Source: Felis catus
Lineage: Eukaryota
NCBI RefSeq assembly: GCF_018350175.1
Contig: NC_058380.1
Coordinates: forward strand, 91,760,001 to 91,824,000
DNA: 64,000 bases
Direction of reading: 5' to 3'
How positions within the stretch are numbered: position 1 is the stretch's first letter; every line of letters begins with the position of its first letter. The translations under genes were made by a program, and so were the position numbers. Positions 33,767 through 46,136 of this stretch are shown here, in pieces. The notes under the pieces were generated by a model. It worked only from the letters and a program-made list of their open reading frames with translations, ran no database searches and was not told the origin of the DNA.

Positions 33767-35672
33767 ATAGACACGGGGCTGCTGAGTGTCATCCTGGGCA
33801 CTGTCCTAGTGCGGGTGGAGATGGCCACGCCGGACCTCAATCTACACAAGGTGGCTCTTCTGTCTTACGTGGACAGGTCGGGCAGGGAGGGGCCTGCGTG
33901 TCCGCTCCGCCGGCCCCGCCTCCGTCCCTCCAGCCCCCAGCCGACGCCACAGCAGCCACCCCGGGGGCCCCGGGGCCCACCCAGGTTGCTGAGGGCACGA
34001 GCCTCTCCTGGAGACGGGGTGTGAGAGCAAGGACCCAGGGACCGGCAGGGCCAGAGCCCTCCCTGAGCGTTTCCTGTGGGCAGGCCGGCTGGCCCTGCGG
34101 GGTCTCCGGGGCCCGGGGCTCGGCGTGGTCACCTCCTGCTCCCGGATCGGTGGGGTCGCCCGCACCCTCCATGGCGCCACACCCCGTGGCGCCCGGAAGA
34201 GGCTTTCCCAGCGTGGGGCCTTTGGTTCCCGTCTAGATGCTTCTTCGCCAGTCTGTGTTGGCTGCTGAGTCAGGAGCACACCAGAAGGCACAGAGATGAC
34301 AGACGCTGGGGACACGGATTCTTTTCTCTTGCAAAACGATCAGTTTCTGAGTTTCAGATGGAAGTTCTGGGCTCCGGGCGGGTGCCCGGCCTGCCCCAGG
34401 CCCTCCTGGGTGTGGATCTGCTGCTGGAGCCCTTTCTGAAGACGCATTCCCCTCTCCGCACCCCTGTGACGGGCCCGGCAGAAGGAACGCAGGCTGGCCT
34501 TTCCCTCATGGGCCCTTTGCTCCCTTCCAGCTCAGGAAATTGTGAGACAGAAGAAATAGTGGGCTCAGAAATAGATGTTTTGGGGAGATCCTGCTTTTCC
34601 TGGTAAGAACCGCTGCCCTGTTGTCACCGTTACCACCCCCTCGCCCTGCACGCCAGCTCTCCTCGGCCTTGCCGTTTCCTGCGCTGTTCCTCATGCTGTT
34701 CCCTGTGCTCCTCCTCATGCCCCAGACCCTCCCATTCTCTCAGCACAAACTGGGTCATCGTTCAAGGCCTGGGTCCCCCCGGCCCTCTGCCTGGTGTTAC
34801 TGGAGGGTCTGGTGCTGGGCAGGGACAGGATGGAGTCAGACCTCGCCCAACCCGGTGCACGCGGGCTCTCCTCCCCCCGCCCCCCAGGCCACAGGGAGAT
34901 CCACGTGATAGACACGGACTACGAGCAGGACGCTATTCAGAGGGTGTCCCTGCACTGGCAGGGCCAGGATTTCCACATGCTCAAATACTTTAGTAAGCGC
35001 ACCCCGTGGTGGGGGCCGGCCTCGCTCCCGTGTCCCGGGGTCGGCCCAGCCCAGCCCCCTGGTGTCCCCACAGCTCGGAGCCTCGAGGACGAGTACGGAC
35101 CAGGCTTCTGGAGGTTCCGGGAGTTGACAGCTGATGTAGGGCTGTACCTGGTGGCCTGGCACGGTGAGCCCCAGGTCTTCCGGGCGGGGGTTGGGCTGGG
35201 GACCCCGAGGGTGGGGTCCGGGGGCCAGTCCCACAGCACCTCACGCTCCTCTGTCCCACAGGGAGGTGTGCCAAGCTCCTGAAGGAGGTGAGCCTCGCCC
35301 CCCGCTGCGCCGAGCCCCCAGGCTGAGTCTCCCGGCCTGACAGGGGCCCTGGGTCATTCTGGATTCACGCTGCCAGATGGGGACCCTGAAGGCTGGGGGA
35401 CTGAGGACAGGGCTGGGAGAGGGAAGGGGAGAGGCGGAGCCCGTATGTCCCACTCGGGTGGGGACACAGACCCCGTGTCTCAGGTTCTCACTGTGCCGGC
35501 CCATCCCCTGCCTGAGCTCCGAGAGGTGGGGACTATCACCCTGCTTTGCAGGTAGAGAAACTGAGGCCCAGGGAGGCTGCTCACAGTCATGCAGCTAAGA
35601 CACGGGCTCCCACCTGTGGCCCCAACCACTTCCCTGAGGCCCTGCCCTTCTGTGTCTCAGGAGCTGATCTAG
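33767..35672 (+). pseudogene. LCN8: Epididymal lipocalin-8, apparently disabled
   Basis: Exon 1 (33767-33850) starts ATA in Kozak context gcgATAg. No exon-2 sequence (xGFWREVxVASD) seen in 33851-34530. Exon 3 (34531-34602) is 72 nt instead of 71 (SGNCETEEIVGSEIDVLGR, then a frameshift before AFP). Exons 4-7 (34888-34992, 35074-35163, 35262-35287, 35661-35672) are open: HREIHVIDTDYEQ…RSLEDEYGPGFWRFRELTAD…GRCAKLLKE ELI*. AATAAA at 35760-35765. Confidence 0.85.
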
Positions 35673-36939
35673 AGGATCCCCTGACCCCAGGCCAGCATGG
35701 TCCGAGCCCCCGCCCGCCTGGCCTGCCCTGGCCCCAGGAGGCGGCTCGCACCCACTCCGAATAAACCCCATGCCAAACCCACTGCCCTGAGTGTCTTTCT
35801 TGGGGAGGCGGGCCTGGGGGGTGACAGGTGGGTGCAGTGGGTGTGTGTCCCATGACTTCCCTGAAGCAGCAGCAAAGCTAAGGGTTGCATGTTTGTTCAC
35901 CGTGAACGGTGGCGCGTGTGAACCACTCAGGTCCCGTCCCTGGCTGGACCTTTGCCCAGACAGGCCTGGGCTGGGGGGCCACCTCTGGGCAGGCTGGCCC
36001 CCCGTCTGTCCCGTGTTTCCTTCCCTGTGGGGCCCGGGGGCCACACAGCTCAGACGCAGGGTGACAGCCCCCGGAACCTCCCCCCTTCCCGTCCTGAGGG
36101 TCTCACCCGGCCCTGCCCTGCTTGGGGCCCACGAGCCAGGCTGCCCGGGTACGTGGGCCCCGTAACCATCCTCCCACCACCGTCCCACTCCCAGAGAGCC
36201 TGAGCGGCCCCGAGCCGGGCATCCTTGAGCTGAGCTGCTGGTTAAGTCTCTCAGATGAAAGGGGACCACACTGCATTTCTGCCTACATTCTCCCATGGCT
36301 CCCTCTCGCCCCAAAGTCAGATCCCACAGGCATGCAGTCCAAAGTCCTCCAGTCGAGGCCGCTCTTCTGTCCACCGGCTGGCTTCCTCCCACCCTCCCCT
36401 GCATGGTCAGCTCAGCCCTTTCAGTGTCCGGGTCCCCTCATGCACGCTGTCACCCCATGTCCTACACTGACTGATCGCCCCACTTCCTTTCCACCAGCGG
36501 GGGCTGAGACCACAGGGCAGACAGGGTGTCCTGGTCAGGGCAGAGAAAGTGGGGAAGGTCTCAGCCCAGGATGACCAAGGCTCACAGGGAGCAGCTGCCT
36601 CATGGGTGAGGCCAAGCAGTGCTGGGGGGCTGGTGGGGACCGGCCCAGCCCCAGCAGAAACCGCCCCCGCTCAGGCGTCCGGCACCCTCCGCCAAGGCCT
36701 GCCTGGAAGGGAGGCCTGCCCGAGGCGGGGGCCTGCCCGGGACCTGCCGGACCGAATCCCGAGCCAGGCTCCCGACAGACCCATGTTGCTCAAAGCTGCC
36801 CCTGACAGGTTAGAGGGGACAACTGGGACTTTCCACGCATCCGTCCGCCCGAAGCTCGCAGTGCTAGGTGGTCCGCGTGCCGGTGGGCTCACCGGCTCGG
36901 GCAGCCGCCACAAGCTCCACGGGCCTGGAGGGGGGGCGG

Positions 36940-37275
36940 CGGGGCTCGGGGGAGCAATGCGGCACAAGAGTTTATGTCTCACGCATCTGGAAGTTGGAAG
37001 CCCGAGACCTGGGTGCTGATGGGTCGGTCTCTGCTGAGAGCCCTCTTCCGGCCTGGAGCCCGTGGGCTTCCGGCTGTGCCCTCGCCAGGCCCCTGCCCCA
37101 CACGCCCCGGAGAGACCTCTGTGTCTTGCCTCCCTCCTCTCAGAAAGGCGCCAGTCCTACCCTCACGACCTCCCCCCACCCCGTCACCCCCTCAGAGGCC
37201 CCGTCTCCAGGCACAGCCACAGTGAGGATTAAGGCTTCAACCGTTGCATTTCTGGGGGCACGATTCAGACCCTAA
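36940..37275. mobile_element. MaLR LTR (MLT1-like)
   Basis: gagtttatgtctcacgcatctggaagttggaagcccgagacc…tctccaggcacagccacagtgaggattaaggcttcaac…gggggcacgattcag. Confidence 0.65.
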
Positions 37276-37421
37276 CGAAAGCCAGCGGGATTCAGAGGCT
37301 GACTCTGGGTCCAGGGCCTCCGCACTGCGTCCTAAGTGCACGCGCTGCTGGACGTACGAGGAAACAGAAAAGGACGGGCTGAGCTGCACACGACGAACAG
37401 GAGCGCTGCTAAATGTGACCC

Positions 37422-37625
37422 GGGGGCGCCTGGGCGGCTCGGTTGGTTGAGCATCTGACCGGCTCAGGTCACCATCTCACCGTTCGTGAGTTCGAGCCCC
37501 GCGTCGGGCTCTGTGCTGACAGCTCGGAGCCTGGAGCCTGCTTCGGGGTCTGTGTCTCCCTCTCTCTCTCTGCTCTCCCTGTTCACGCTCTGTCTTTCAT
37601 TAAAAAAAAAAAAAAAAAACAAAAG
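37422..37625 (+). mobile_element. CanSINE
   Basis: ggggcgcctgggcggctcggttggttgagc…gagttcgagccccgcgtcgggctctg…poly-A. Confidence 0.9.
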
Positions 37626-38305
37626 TGAGCCGGAGAAGATCCGTGGACGGAGCGAGAAGACAAGTGGAGAGGGGCCTGGTACGGACACAAAGGGACGAAA
37701 GGAAGGCAGGCTCAAGGGACTAACTCGCCGACGAGACAGCAGAATTAAACAGCTGGCTAACGAACCCAGAACGAGCCAGCCAACGGGGCCGGGGGCAGCG
37801 CGACAGGGGCCATCAGGAGAGCCAGGCGGGGACGCCAGGGCCGCATGGCGCAGCAGCCGAGACGAAAGCTTGCCCGGACGGGCGTAGCGGACCGCAGGGG
37901 GCACGAGCCAGTGGCCGTGAGCCTGGGACACACCGGCACAGACTGTCCAAGCTGAGGAGCAGAGAATGACCGCCAGCGGCCGGGGTCGGGCGTGTGAAGT
38001 ACTCCCAGGAAGAGAAGGGAGCGAAAATTGGGCAGAAAAAGATTTGAAGAAATAGAGGCGAAGATATGCCCACTTGACCGAACACATCCCGGGCGCAGGG
38101 AAGCCAGAGCAGGATGAAAGAAACCACCCCCAGGGACATCGTGCTCAAGTGGACGCAGCGGCTTGGGGACGACGTTCACGGAGCCGCAGAGAAAAGGCGC
38201 TTCGCAGCCAGAGGCCGTGACAGCTGGCTTCTCGTGGCACGGGACGCAGGCACATCTCTGAAACCAACTCGGAGTTCTGGGAAAGAAAGCTATGCTGTTT
38301 AAATG

Positions 38306-38503
38306 TATTTTTAAAATTTATTCATTTATTCTTGGGGTGGGGGGCACAAGCAGGGGAGGGGCGGAAAGAGAGGGAGGGAGAGAACCCCAAGCTGACTCGG
38401 CGCAGAGCCCGACGCGGGGCGCAAACCCACGAACGGTGTGACATGATGACCTGAGCCGAAATCACGAGTCGGATGCTTAGCCGACTGAGCCCCCGGGGAC
38501 CCC
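38306..38503 (-). mobile_element. CanSINE (diverged)
   Basis: …atgacctgagccgaaatcacgagtcggatgcttagccgactgagcc. Confidence 0.8.
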
Positions 38504-39294
38504 AATAAAGCTACGCTTCGAGAAATCAACGTGGAGGGAATTTGTCCCTCGTTCACCTGCAGTACAATAAATTACTGCTAGCGTGTTCCTCAGGCAGAGG
38601 GAAATTGCAGGCGACGCCCCCCGAGGTCCGCGGGGAGGACGGCGGCGCAGGGGATGCCGGGAGAGCGCGCTCAGCGGGAACAGAGGGTCAGTGACCTCCC
38701 GTGATCGCAAGACTTCGCTTCTCCACCACGTGTTTCTTGCCTGTCAGTCCGGACCCAGGAACGCTCCCTTCTTTCCTCTAGAGGCGCAAACCCGTCCAGA
38801 TCCTTCCAGTGGGGGCTCCTCCCGGACAGCCGCTGAGTCCTTTTGACACACTTCCCTGATTCCTCAAACACGTGTTTACTGGAAACACTCCGAGTCCTTT
38901 CCTGTTGTCCGTGACCCCACCCTGGAGTGATCCCCCCACGGAGCCGGCTCCTTCTTGCAGAGAGCGATGTTGAGAGAGCAAGATCCGAGAGCCAGGTGCC
39001 CCCCGCTCCCTCCTCACTGGGCTGGCATGGGCTTGGCCTCGGCAGAGAGATGCCCCCCGCTTTCCAACCCTGAGAAGACCGCCACCCTCTGACGCATCCC
39101 GGAGCGCACAGAAAGCCGTTTCGGGCTCGCTCCCCCAAACCGCCGCGAAGGACGAGCCTCAGAAAATCCAGAACTCAGGGTTTGTTTGGGGTTCCTTTAC
39201 TCTTTAGCCTGAGAATATACAGAAAAAATCAGGGCTGATTCCGCTGACCCCGTTCGGGTGTTATGTCATTCGTCTATTACACAGTTTTATTCCT

Positions 39295-39512
39295 TTTTAA
39301 AAATTTTAAATGTTTGTTTACGTTTGACAGAGAGAGCCAGTAGAGTGTGAGATGGGGAGGGGCAGAGAGAGAGGGAGACACAGAATCCGAAGCCGGCTCC
39401 GGGATCCAAGCCGTCAGCGCAGAGCCCCATGCGGGGCTCGAACCCACAAACCACGAGATCATGACCTGAGCCGAAGTCGGACGCTCAACTGACGGAGCCT
39501 CCCAGGCGCCCC
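39295..39512 (-). mobile_element. CanSINE
   Basis: Reverse-complement body ending …cccaggcgcccc. Confidence 0.9.
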
Positions 39513-39699
39513 TGTGCAGTTGAATCCCACTCGTTTACTTTTGATGCAATAGGTTACCCAGATCCCAAAGTCAAAGCGACACCAAGGAGGCATGCGGGGG
39601 GGGGGGGGGTCTAACTTCCTCCCCGGCCCTACCTACCCTACCTGCCCCTGGGGGGGACCGCACTCCTTAGACTCCGATTTCTCCCTTCTGGGTTTCTTC

Positions 39700-41550
39700 T
39701 GGCAGAAGGAGGCAGACACACACGTTCTGAGTCTCACCCGCCCGCTTCGCGTGCCCTTCGGCACTTTGTTCTTTCACTTGACGGTACACCCGCGTGTCAC
39801 GTCACCCGACACCAGTTCACGGAGACTTCCCACTGCGTGCGTCGCCGCGTAGGGCTCCGCTGCGGGCACACCGTCTTTGCGCCAACCAAGCTCTCGTGCG
39901 TGGCCATTTAGGTGGCTTCCAACGGCTTTCCGTTAGAAACAGTGCTTTGGTGAGTGAGCACCGCGCACATCCATTTTTTGTGTCCTGGCAGGTGATTCTT
40001 TAGGGTAAGTTCCTGAGCGGGGTTCTAGATCAGAAGATAAATGGGTTTTGTTAGATGTCGCCACGTTTCCCTGTATAGGAATCGTACCCTTTTGCGGTCT
40101 GAAGAGCCAAACGTGGCTTGCTCGGGGCCCCACGGCCTGGCCAGGGAGCGTGTGTTGGGGCCAACCTCTTCGATTTTTCGCCAGGTGATAGGTGATAAAC
40201 AGTTATCGGTGTTGTTTTAATTTGCGCGTCTCCCATGGTGAATGAGAATGGAGACCGTCTCCATTCACCGGGGCTGCGCCCTTACGAAGGACCACAGCCC
40301 TAAACGTCAGAGGTGGATTCTGTCCCAGCTCTGGAGGCTGGAGTTTGGAACCCAGATGGCTGGGTTGTGTCCTCCTGAGGCCTCTCTCATGGCCATCTCC
40401 TCCCCGTGTCCCCACACGGTCTCCCCTGTGTGGTGTCTGTGTCTTAATCTCTTCTCATAAGGACCCAGTTATGTTTAACCTGTATGACCTCGTTTTGATT
40501 TAATCCCTCGTCAAAGGCTCCATCTCTAAATAGTGCTGCATTCTGAGGTGTTGGGGTCAGGACTTAAGCAGAGAAATTGGGGGGGGGGACACAATTCATA
40601 GCAAACATCTTTTTGTATGTTTAGGCATCGCTTTAAGTTTTTTTGCATGAATTATCTGGGTATGTCATTTGTCCATTTTTCTGATGAGTTTTTGGCCCTT
40701 TTTTCTTCAATTTTTAACTATTTATTTTTGAGAGAGAGAAAGAGCGAGTAGGGGAGTGGCAGAGAGAGAGAGAGGGAGAGAGAGAGTCCCAAGCAGGCTT
40801 CACGCTGCCAGTGCAGAGCCCAATGTGGGGCTTGAACTCAGGAACTGTGAGATCCTGACCTGAGCTGAAGTCGGACACTTAACTGACTGAGCCACTCAGG
40901 TGCCTTTTTTCTTTAATTTTTAAAAGTTCCTTATAGAGCATGGCTATTAGCCCTTGCATGTGATATATGTTGGACATACTTTCTCCAGATCTGTCATTCA
41001 TCTTTTGACTTTGTTTGTGGCTTATTTTTACTATAAAAAAGTTTAAAAAATACAGACGGGTTATTTATCCATACTTTTTTTTTAAATTACATCTGGATTT
41101 TGATGCAAGTTAGTGTGGCCTATGGGTTTGTAATGGCTTGATTTGCCTCAGCTGCACGGCGTTTCCCAGAATTCCCAGAAGGCGACAGCCTTACAGGGCT
41201 TATGGAATGGGCTCCCACAGCGACATGGGGTCAAACTCCTGCCCTAAATCCCTTATTTGTGAATTCATATTCCTCCTGGCGGTTCTGCTTTCAGGAGTGA
41301 ACTGATGCAATTAGAAAGCCTTTTCCTACATCCATGTAATAGGGAAATTCACCAATGATTTCATTCATTACTCGTGTGGTTCTATTTCCACATTTAGTGT
41401 CAGATCTCTGATCCATTTGGTGTTTACTCTCGCGCACGAGGCGAATATGTTTCATTTTAATCTTCTTCCAGATAGATATTCAGTTGCCCTGACAGCATTT
41501 ATTTACAAAAACCGATTTTTTCCTGCGATTTGAGACATCTCCTTTGCAGC
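39700..41550 (-). mobile_element. Old L1 (L1M-type) 3' fragments interrupted by MLT1 (about 40270-40600) and a CanSINE
   Basis: T-rich L1-antisense phrases such as ggccatttaggtggcttccaa, gttgttttaatttgc, tctctgatccatttgg, ttccagatagatattcagttg…cagcatttattt. Confidence 0.6.
40710..40904 (-). mobile_element. CanSINE
   Basis: …gagctgaagtcggacacttaactgactgagccactcaggtgcc. Confidence 0.85.
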
Positions 41551-44500
41551 ACAACGTGTCCAATCTGGCTCAGGAGAGCCTACTGTATAATATTTTTGCC
41601 CTAAATCTGCATTCCGTAAGATCATTTCGGGCTACCCAGATGTCTTTTCATCTCTACCATGTTTTATGGTTTCCAGCTACATTACAAGAATTTAAAGAAC
41701 ATAGTGTAATTTCAGATGTGGCTCTTATCTTGTTAAGCCAGGTGTTCGTAGCCGTTCTCACAATCTGTGTGGTTCCAACGTGTGTGTCGGCCCCCAGCAT
41801 TCCTGTCGGCATCCTGACCCCCAACATGATGGCGCTGGGAGGTGGGGTTTTGGAAGGTGACAAGGTCATGGGGGTGGAGTGCCCATGAGGGGAATCGGTG
41901 CAGCCGGAGCCCCCCACGTCCCCCCGCCGTGAGGACACCGAGACGCCCTTGTCCATCCTGCAGGCACAGCTGACTGGAACACCCGGCGTCCAGAACTGGG
42001 AGAGATCAGTGTCTGTTGCGCGTAAGCCAGCCGGTGTGCGCTTTTGTGATGCCAGCCCCGGGGCACTAAGGGAGGCCGCCTGGGGGTCCCAATGCAGGAA
42101 GCGTCCGTGGGGCTTCTGTTACCTCATTCTTCTGCTGTGTTTCTCTCCGTTCACCTTAGTCTCCCCGAATGTTTTGTCAGGAATCTCCATGTGAAAAAAC
42201 AGCAAATAGGATTACTCTGAAGAGTAGGGTGATATTTTTGTCCTTGTGAGTCATCTCCAGCTGCGAGGCATCGGAGAAGCTGGCAGTCAGGGGCCATCCT
42301 GATCCACGTTCGAGGCCCGACACCTCCCGGGCTCCGGGGCAGTGGGAGCTTAGCTGCATGTTTGTGCCGGGGCTGGCTGGTTTACCTGTGTCCAACTTCC
42401 CCACGGGGCTCACCAAGGGCCGGGTGGTGGCTCATCAGGGGTCAGTCCTTAGACCTGGCAAGACACGTGGCTTTATCTTTCCTTCACCTTCCGCATCTCG
42501 CTTGTTTTTGTGTTGTTAGAACCCTTGGAAGCCGACTGGCAAAGCCATTGGAAATGTAGTCTGCCCATTCCACCCCCACCCCCCCGGGGAAGGATCCTGC
42601 CGGCTGCCTCCCCTTGGATTTCGGGGGCTCCGGCGGATCCCGCCAAGCCCTCTTTCCTCTGCTCCCAGGTAGGGGCTCAGATGACCCAGAGGTGAGAAAC
42701 CCAGGCCCACAGAGAACTCTCAGGGAAACTTGGGGATGTGCAGCTCCTGGCCCAGGTCATGGAGTACAGAGGTGGGGGGCAGCAGGCCAAGCCTGGCCGG
42801 AGAGTGGGCGAGTCCAGACAGGTGGAGCGGAGGGGCAGAAGGAACAGGACATTCCGGGCTGGCTGCTGACTGTGTGTGGGGGCAGGAGGCCAAGGCCAGC
42901 AGAGCAGAATAACGGGTGGTCAGGAGGGAGTGGGAGGTTTTTTTTTTTTTTTTCCTATTTTTAATGATTGAGACAAAAGATCTGAAGTGCAGCTTCTAGA
43001 ACTGTTTGTGCCTTCCCTTGGTCTTGACTTTGGCCTGCTGCCAGCCACGGTTAAAGACCAGGGTCTCTGGCCTTCCCAGACTGAGCAAGGGAGAGCGTTG
43101 AATCCCCAGTGGTGTCAGTGGTTTGACCGGGGTTAGGATGCCCATTCTGGAACCGCCCAACAGAAGGAAGCAGACAGAAGCAGGGATCGGCACGGCAGTG
43201 CTGACGCTCCCCGGGGCCCAATCCCCATTCTCCAGCGCATCGGGGCAGGGCACAGGGGCCGCCACTGAATAATAATGCCACCCCCTCGGGAAATGTCACC
43301 ACCTTGCAAGGAGACAGGCCAGCGTGGTGTCTTGGTGGTCAGTGGCCGCCCACAGTGACCCACGCAGAGACGTTTGAACGGGTTTACACGGGCCGGAGGG
43401 ACTGCGCAGCCCCGGGCCCCGCGGCAGGTGTGCTGGTGCACAGACTTCCGGAAGATGGGGAGCGTCCTGCTCACTGCTCTTCTGACGTCGGTCTCAGCGC
43501 CTTGCGCCCAGGCTGTGTGCCTGGGAAGGCTGGACCCGAGGCAGGTAACGGCCCATCCGTTGGTGCCAGCGCTGGCCTCGAGCCCTGTCGGTCCTAGGGG
43601 CCCAGGCCCCTCCTGTGGGGCCACAGTCTCTGGGTTACCCTCCCGGTGCCGGCCCAGACCGGCAGCGGCTACGGGGGGACGGGTCAGCCTGAGTCAGGGG
43701 CCCTGGACTCCCAGACAGAGAGGACGCCTCAAGGGGCTGGGGGACCCGGCCCCCCTCACCTTCTCCTCTCCTCCCAGCTTCTGGGGTCCTGGTACATTCT
43801 CGCCGTGGCCTCCGGTGAGAAGGGCTTTGCAGTGGAGAAGGCCACGAAGGACATCGAGGGTGTCGTGGTGACCCTTACAGCAGAAAACAATCTGAAAATG
43901 CTGTCCTCCAGACACAGGTGAGCGACCTGTGCTCTGTGGGCCTGTGTCCCCGGAGAGCAGTTCTGGTGGGCCTCTGGGTGGGGTCATGGTGGATGCGGGA
44001 GGCCTCTCGGGGCAAGGCCCCCCCTCAGCTGCCGCCTAAACCGGGCTCGCGCGTGGTGTCTCAGAGCCGCTGGTAACCTTCCTCCCATACCCGCGTCTGC
44101 CTTCGGGAGCCGTGGGGCCCTGGGTCCCGCTGGGACGGGCCTGGCCGTGGGACGAGCGAGGACAGAGGAGGTCTGGGGTCCGATGGCGGCCCCGCTATGT
44201 TGGGTGAGCACACACGGTCACATGCGCCACGGTGTGGGCCACGAAGCCACGTGGCTGGCTGTGTCCCGGTGAGGCTGGCGGAATCAGACATCCAAATCCA
44301 GAAGCCAGGCGTCTGGAGAGCCTCAGGCTCTGTGAAAAGCCACCGGTGACCTAAGGGCCACGGGGGTGGACGTAAAGGCCACGGGGGTGGCCGCGGGGCT
44401 GGGACGCCATTCTGGTGTCCGCTCTCTGGTGTGACTGGTTAGCAGCGCCCCCTGGTGCTGTGTCACCTGCACCTCTGGGGACCGCGGCCAGACGCTGGTT

Positions 44501-44560
44501 TGGAACGAGTATGGTGCCGAGCCCCCCTCCCCACCAGGACTGCAAGTGGGTCCTCTTACA

Positions 44561-44596
44561 TTGAATTGAATTGAATTGAATTGAATTGAATTGAAG
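44561..44596. repeat. (TTGAA)n pentanucleotide microsatellite
   Basis: Seven perfect units. Confidence 0.9.
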
Positions 44597-44835
44597 TCAT
44601 CTGTTGGCCTTCGGATAGGAAGTGCATTTGCATGGCTCAGAAGTCAGTCACCGAAGGTACTCAGAGCGGGTCCTTCCCACCTGCCCAGCCAGCCTGTCCC
44701 CTCCCTGCAGGTGACCCATGCTTGTGATTCGTGGCGGCTCCTCAGACACGGGCGGCCACACGCCAGCACACGTGTGTCACCGAGCCACGCACGCCGGGAA
44801 CCTCTCCGTATCTGTCCACACAGCCTCTGCTCTCT

Positions 44836-45084
44836 TTAATTTAATTTAATTTAATTTTTAATTTTTATTTTTTTAAGTTTATTTATTTTTGAGACAGATA
44901 GAGACAGGGAGAGACAGAGCATGAATGGTGAAGGGGCAGAGAGAGGGAGACACAGAATCTGAAACAGGCTCCAGGCTCCGAGCTGTCAGCACAGAGCCCG
45001 ACGCGGGGCTCGAGCCCACGAACCGCGAGATCATGACCTGGGCCGAAGTCGGACGCTTCACCGACCGAGCCACCCAGGCGCCCC
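44836..45084 (-). mobile_element. CanSINE with TSD in LCN6 intron 2
   Basis: TSD cctctgctctcttt at about 44824 and 45086; (TTAAT)n tail. Confidence 0.9.
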
Positions 45085-45138
45085 ACCTCTGCTCTCTTTG
45101 AGAACATTTCACCTTTTATTCTCTTCTGTCTTTACTGA

Positions 45139-45352
45139 ATTTTTTTTTTTAACATTTATTTATTTTTGAGACAGAGAGAGACAGAGCATGAACGGGGGAG
45201 GGGCAGAGAGAGAGGGAGACACAGAATCGGAAGCAGGCTCCAGGCTCTGAGCCATCAGCCCAGAGCCCGACGCGGGGCTCGAACTCCCAGACCGCGAGAT
45301 CGTGACCTGGCTGAAGTCGGACGCTTAACCGACTGCGCCACCCAGGCGCCCC
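45139..45352 (-). mobile_element. Young CanSINE in LCN6 intron 2
   Basis: Near-consensus SINEC_Fc; tgaattttt on both sides. Confidence 0.9.
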
Positions 45353-45359
45353 TGAATTT

Positions 45360-45900
45360 TTAAAAATTGTAGTAAGATAAATGCAGCACAGAAACGGCCG
45401 TCTTAACCACTTTCAAGGACGCAGTTCGGGGGCTTCAGGCGCACTCACACTGTCGTGCAGCCGTCCCCCCCCACGCCGTCCGTCCCCAGAACGTGTTCGT
45501 CTTCCCAGACTGGACTCGGTCCCGTTACACGTGGACCCTCCCCTCCCCAGCCCCACCCTCCCGCTCTCCGTGTCCGTGGCTCCGACTCCTCCAGGGCCTC
45601 CGGTGAGCGTCCACTCCTACAGGGCGTGTCCCCCTGTGACGGGCTGACGTCACTCAGCACGGCGTCTTCTGGGTTCGCCCAGTTGTAGCAAGTGCCGCGA
45701 TTCCCCTCCCTTTTGAGGCTGACGTTCCGTGGTGTGGCCGGAGCACGTGGCAGCTCCCGCCTCTTGGTTTTGTAAATCACGCTGCCGTGAACGTGGGTGT
45801 GTAAGTCTCCCTTCAGATCCTGCTTTCGGTTCTGGGCGCGCACAGCGGCGGGACCGCGGGGTCACTTGGCGATTCCATGTCACATTTTCGGAGGCGCTCT
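45360..45900 (-). mobile_element. Old L1 3' end (L1MA/MB-like), GC-shifted
   Basis: cttaaccactttcaaggacgcagttc…cactcacactgtcgtgcagccgtc…gtcactcagcacggcgtcttctgggttcgcccagttgtagca follows the L1M 3'UTR antisense pattern from memory. Confidence 0.65.
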
Positions 45901-45906
45901 GCTCTG

Positions 45907-46136
45907 TTTTTTTTTAAATATATGAAATTTATTGTCAGATTGGTTTCCATACAACACCCAGTGCTCATCCCAGCAGGTGCCCTCCTCGATACCCCTCACC
46001 CACCCTCCCCTCCCTCCCACCCCCCCATCAGCCCTCAGTTTGTTCTCAGTTTTTGAGATTCTCTTATGCTTTGGCCCTCTCCCACTCTAACCTCTTTTTT
46101 TTTTCCTTCCCCTCCCCCATGGGTTCCTGTTAAGGT
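45907..46136 (-). mobile_element. 5'-truncated carnivore/felid L1 3' end with TSD
   Basis: Poly-T, then aatttattgtcagattggtttccatacaacacccagtgctcatccc…cctcagtttgttctcag; TSD tctgctctgtttt at about 45898 and 46137. Confidence 0.8.

Noticed and set aside
34352-34372. tttcag|ATGGAAGTTCTGG as a remnant of LCN8 exon 2 (I-G-G-F-W)
   Set aside because: It needs indels within 13 nt and nothing downstream matches; too weak to call.
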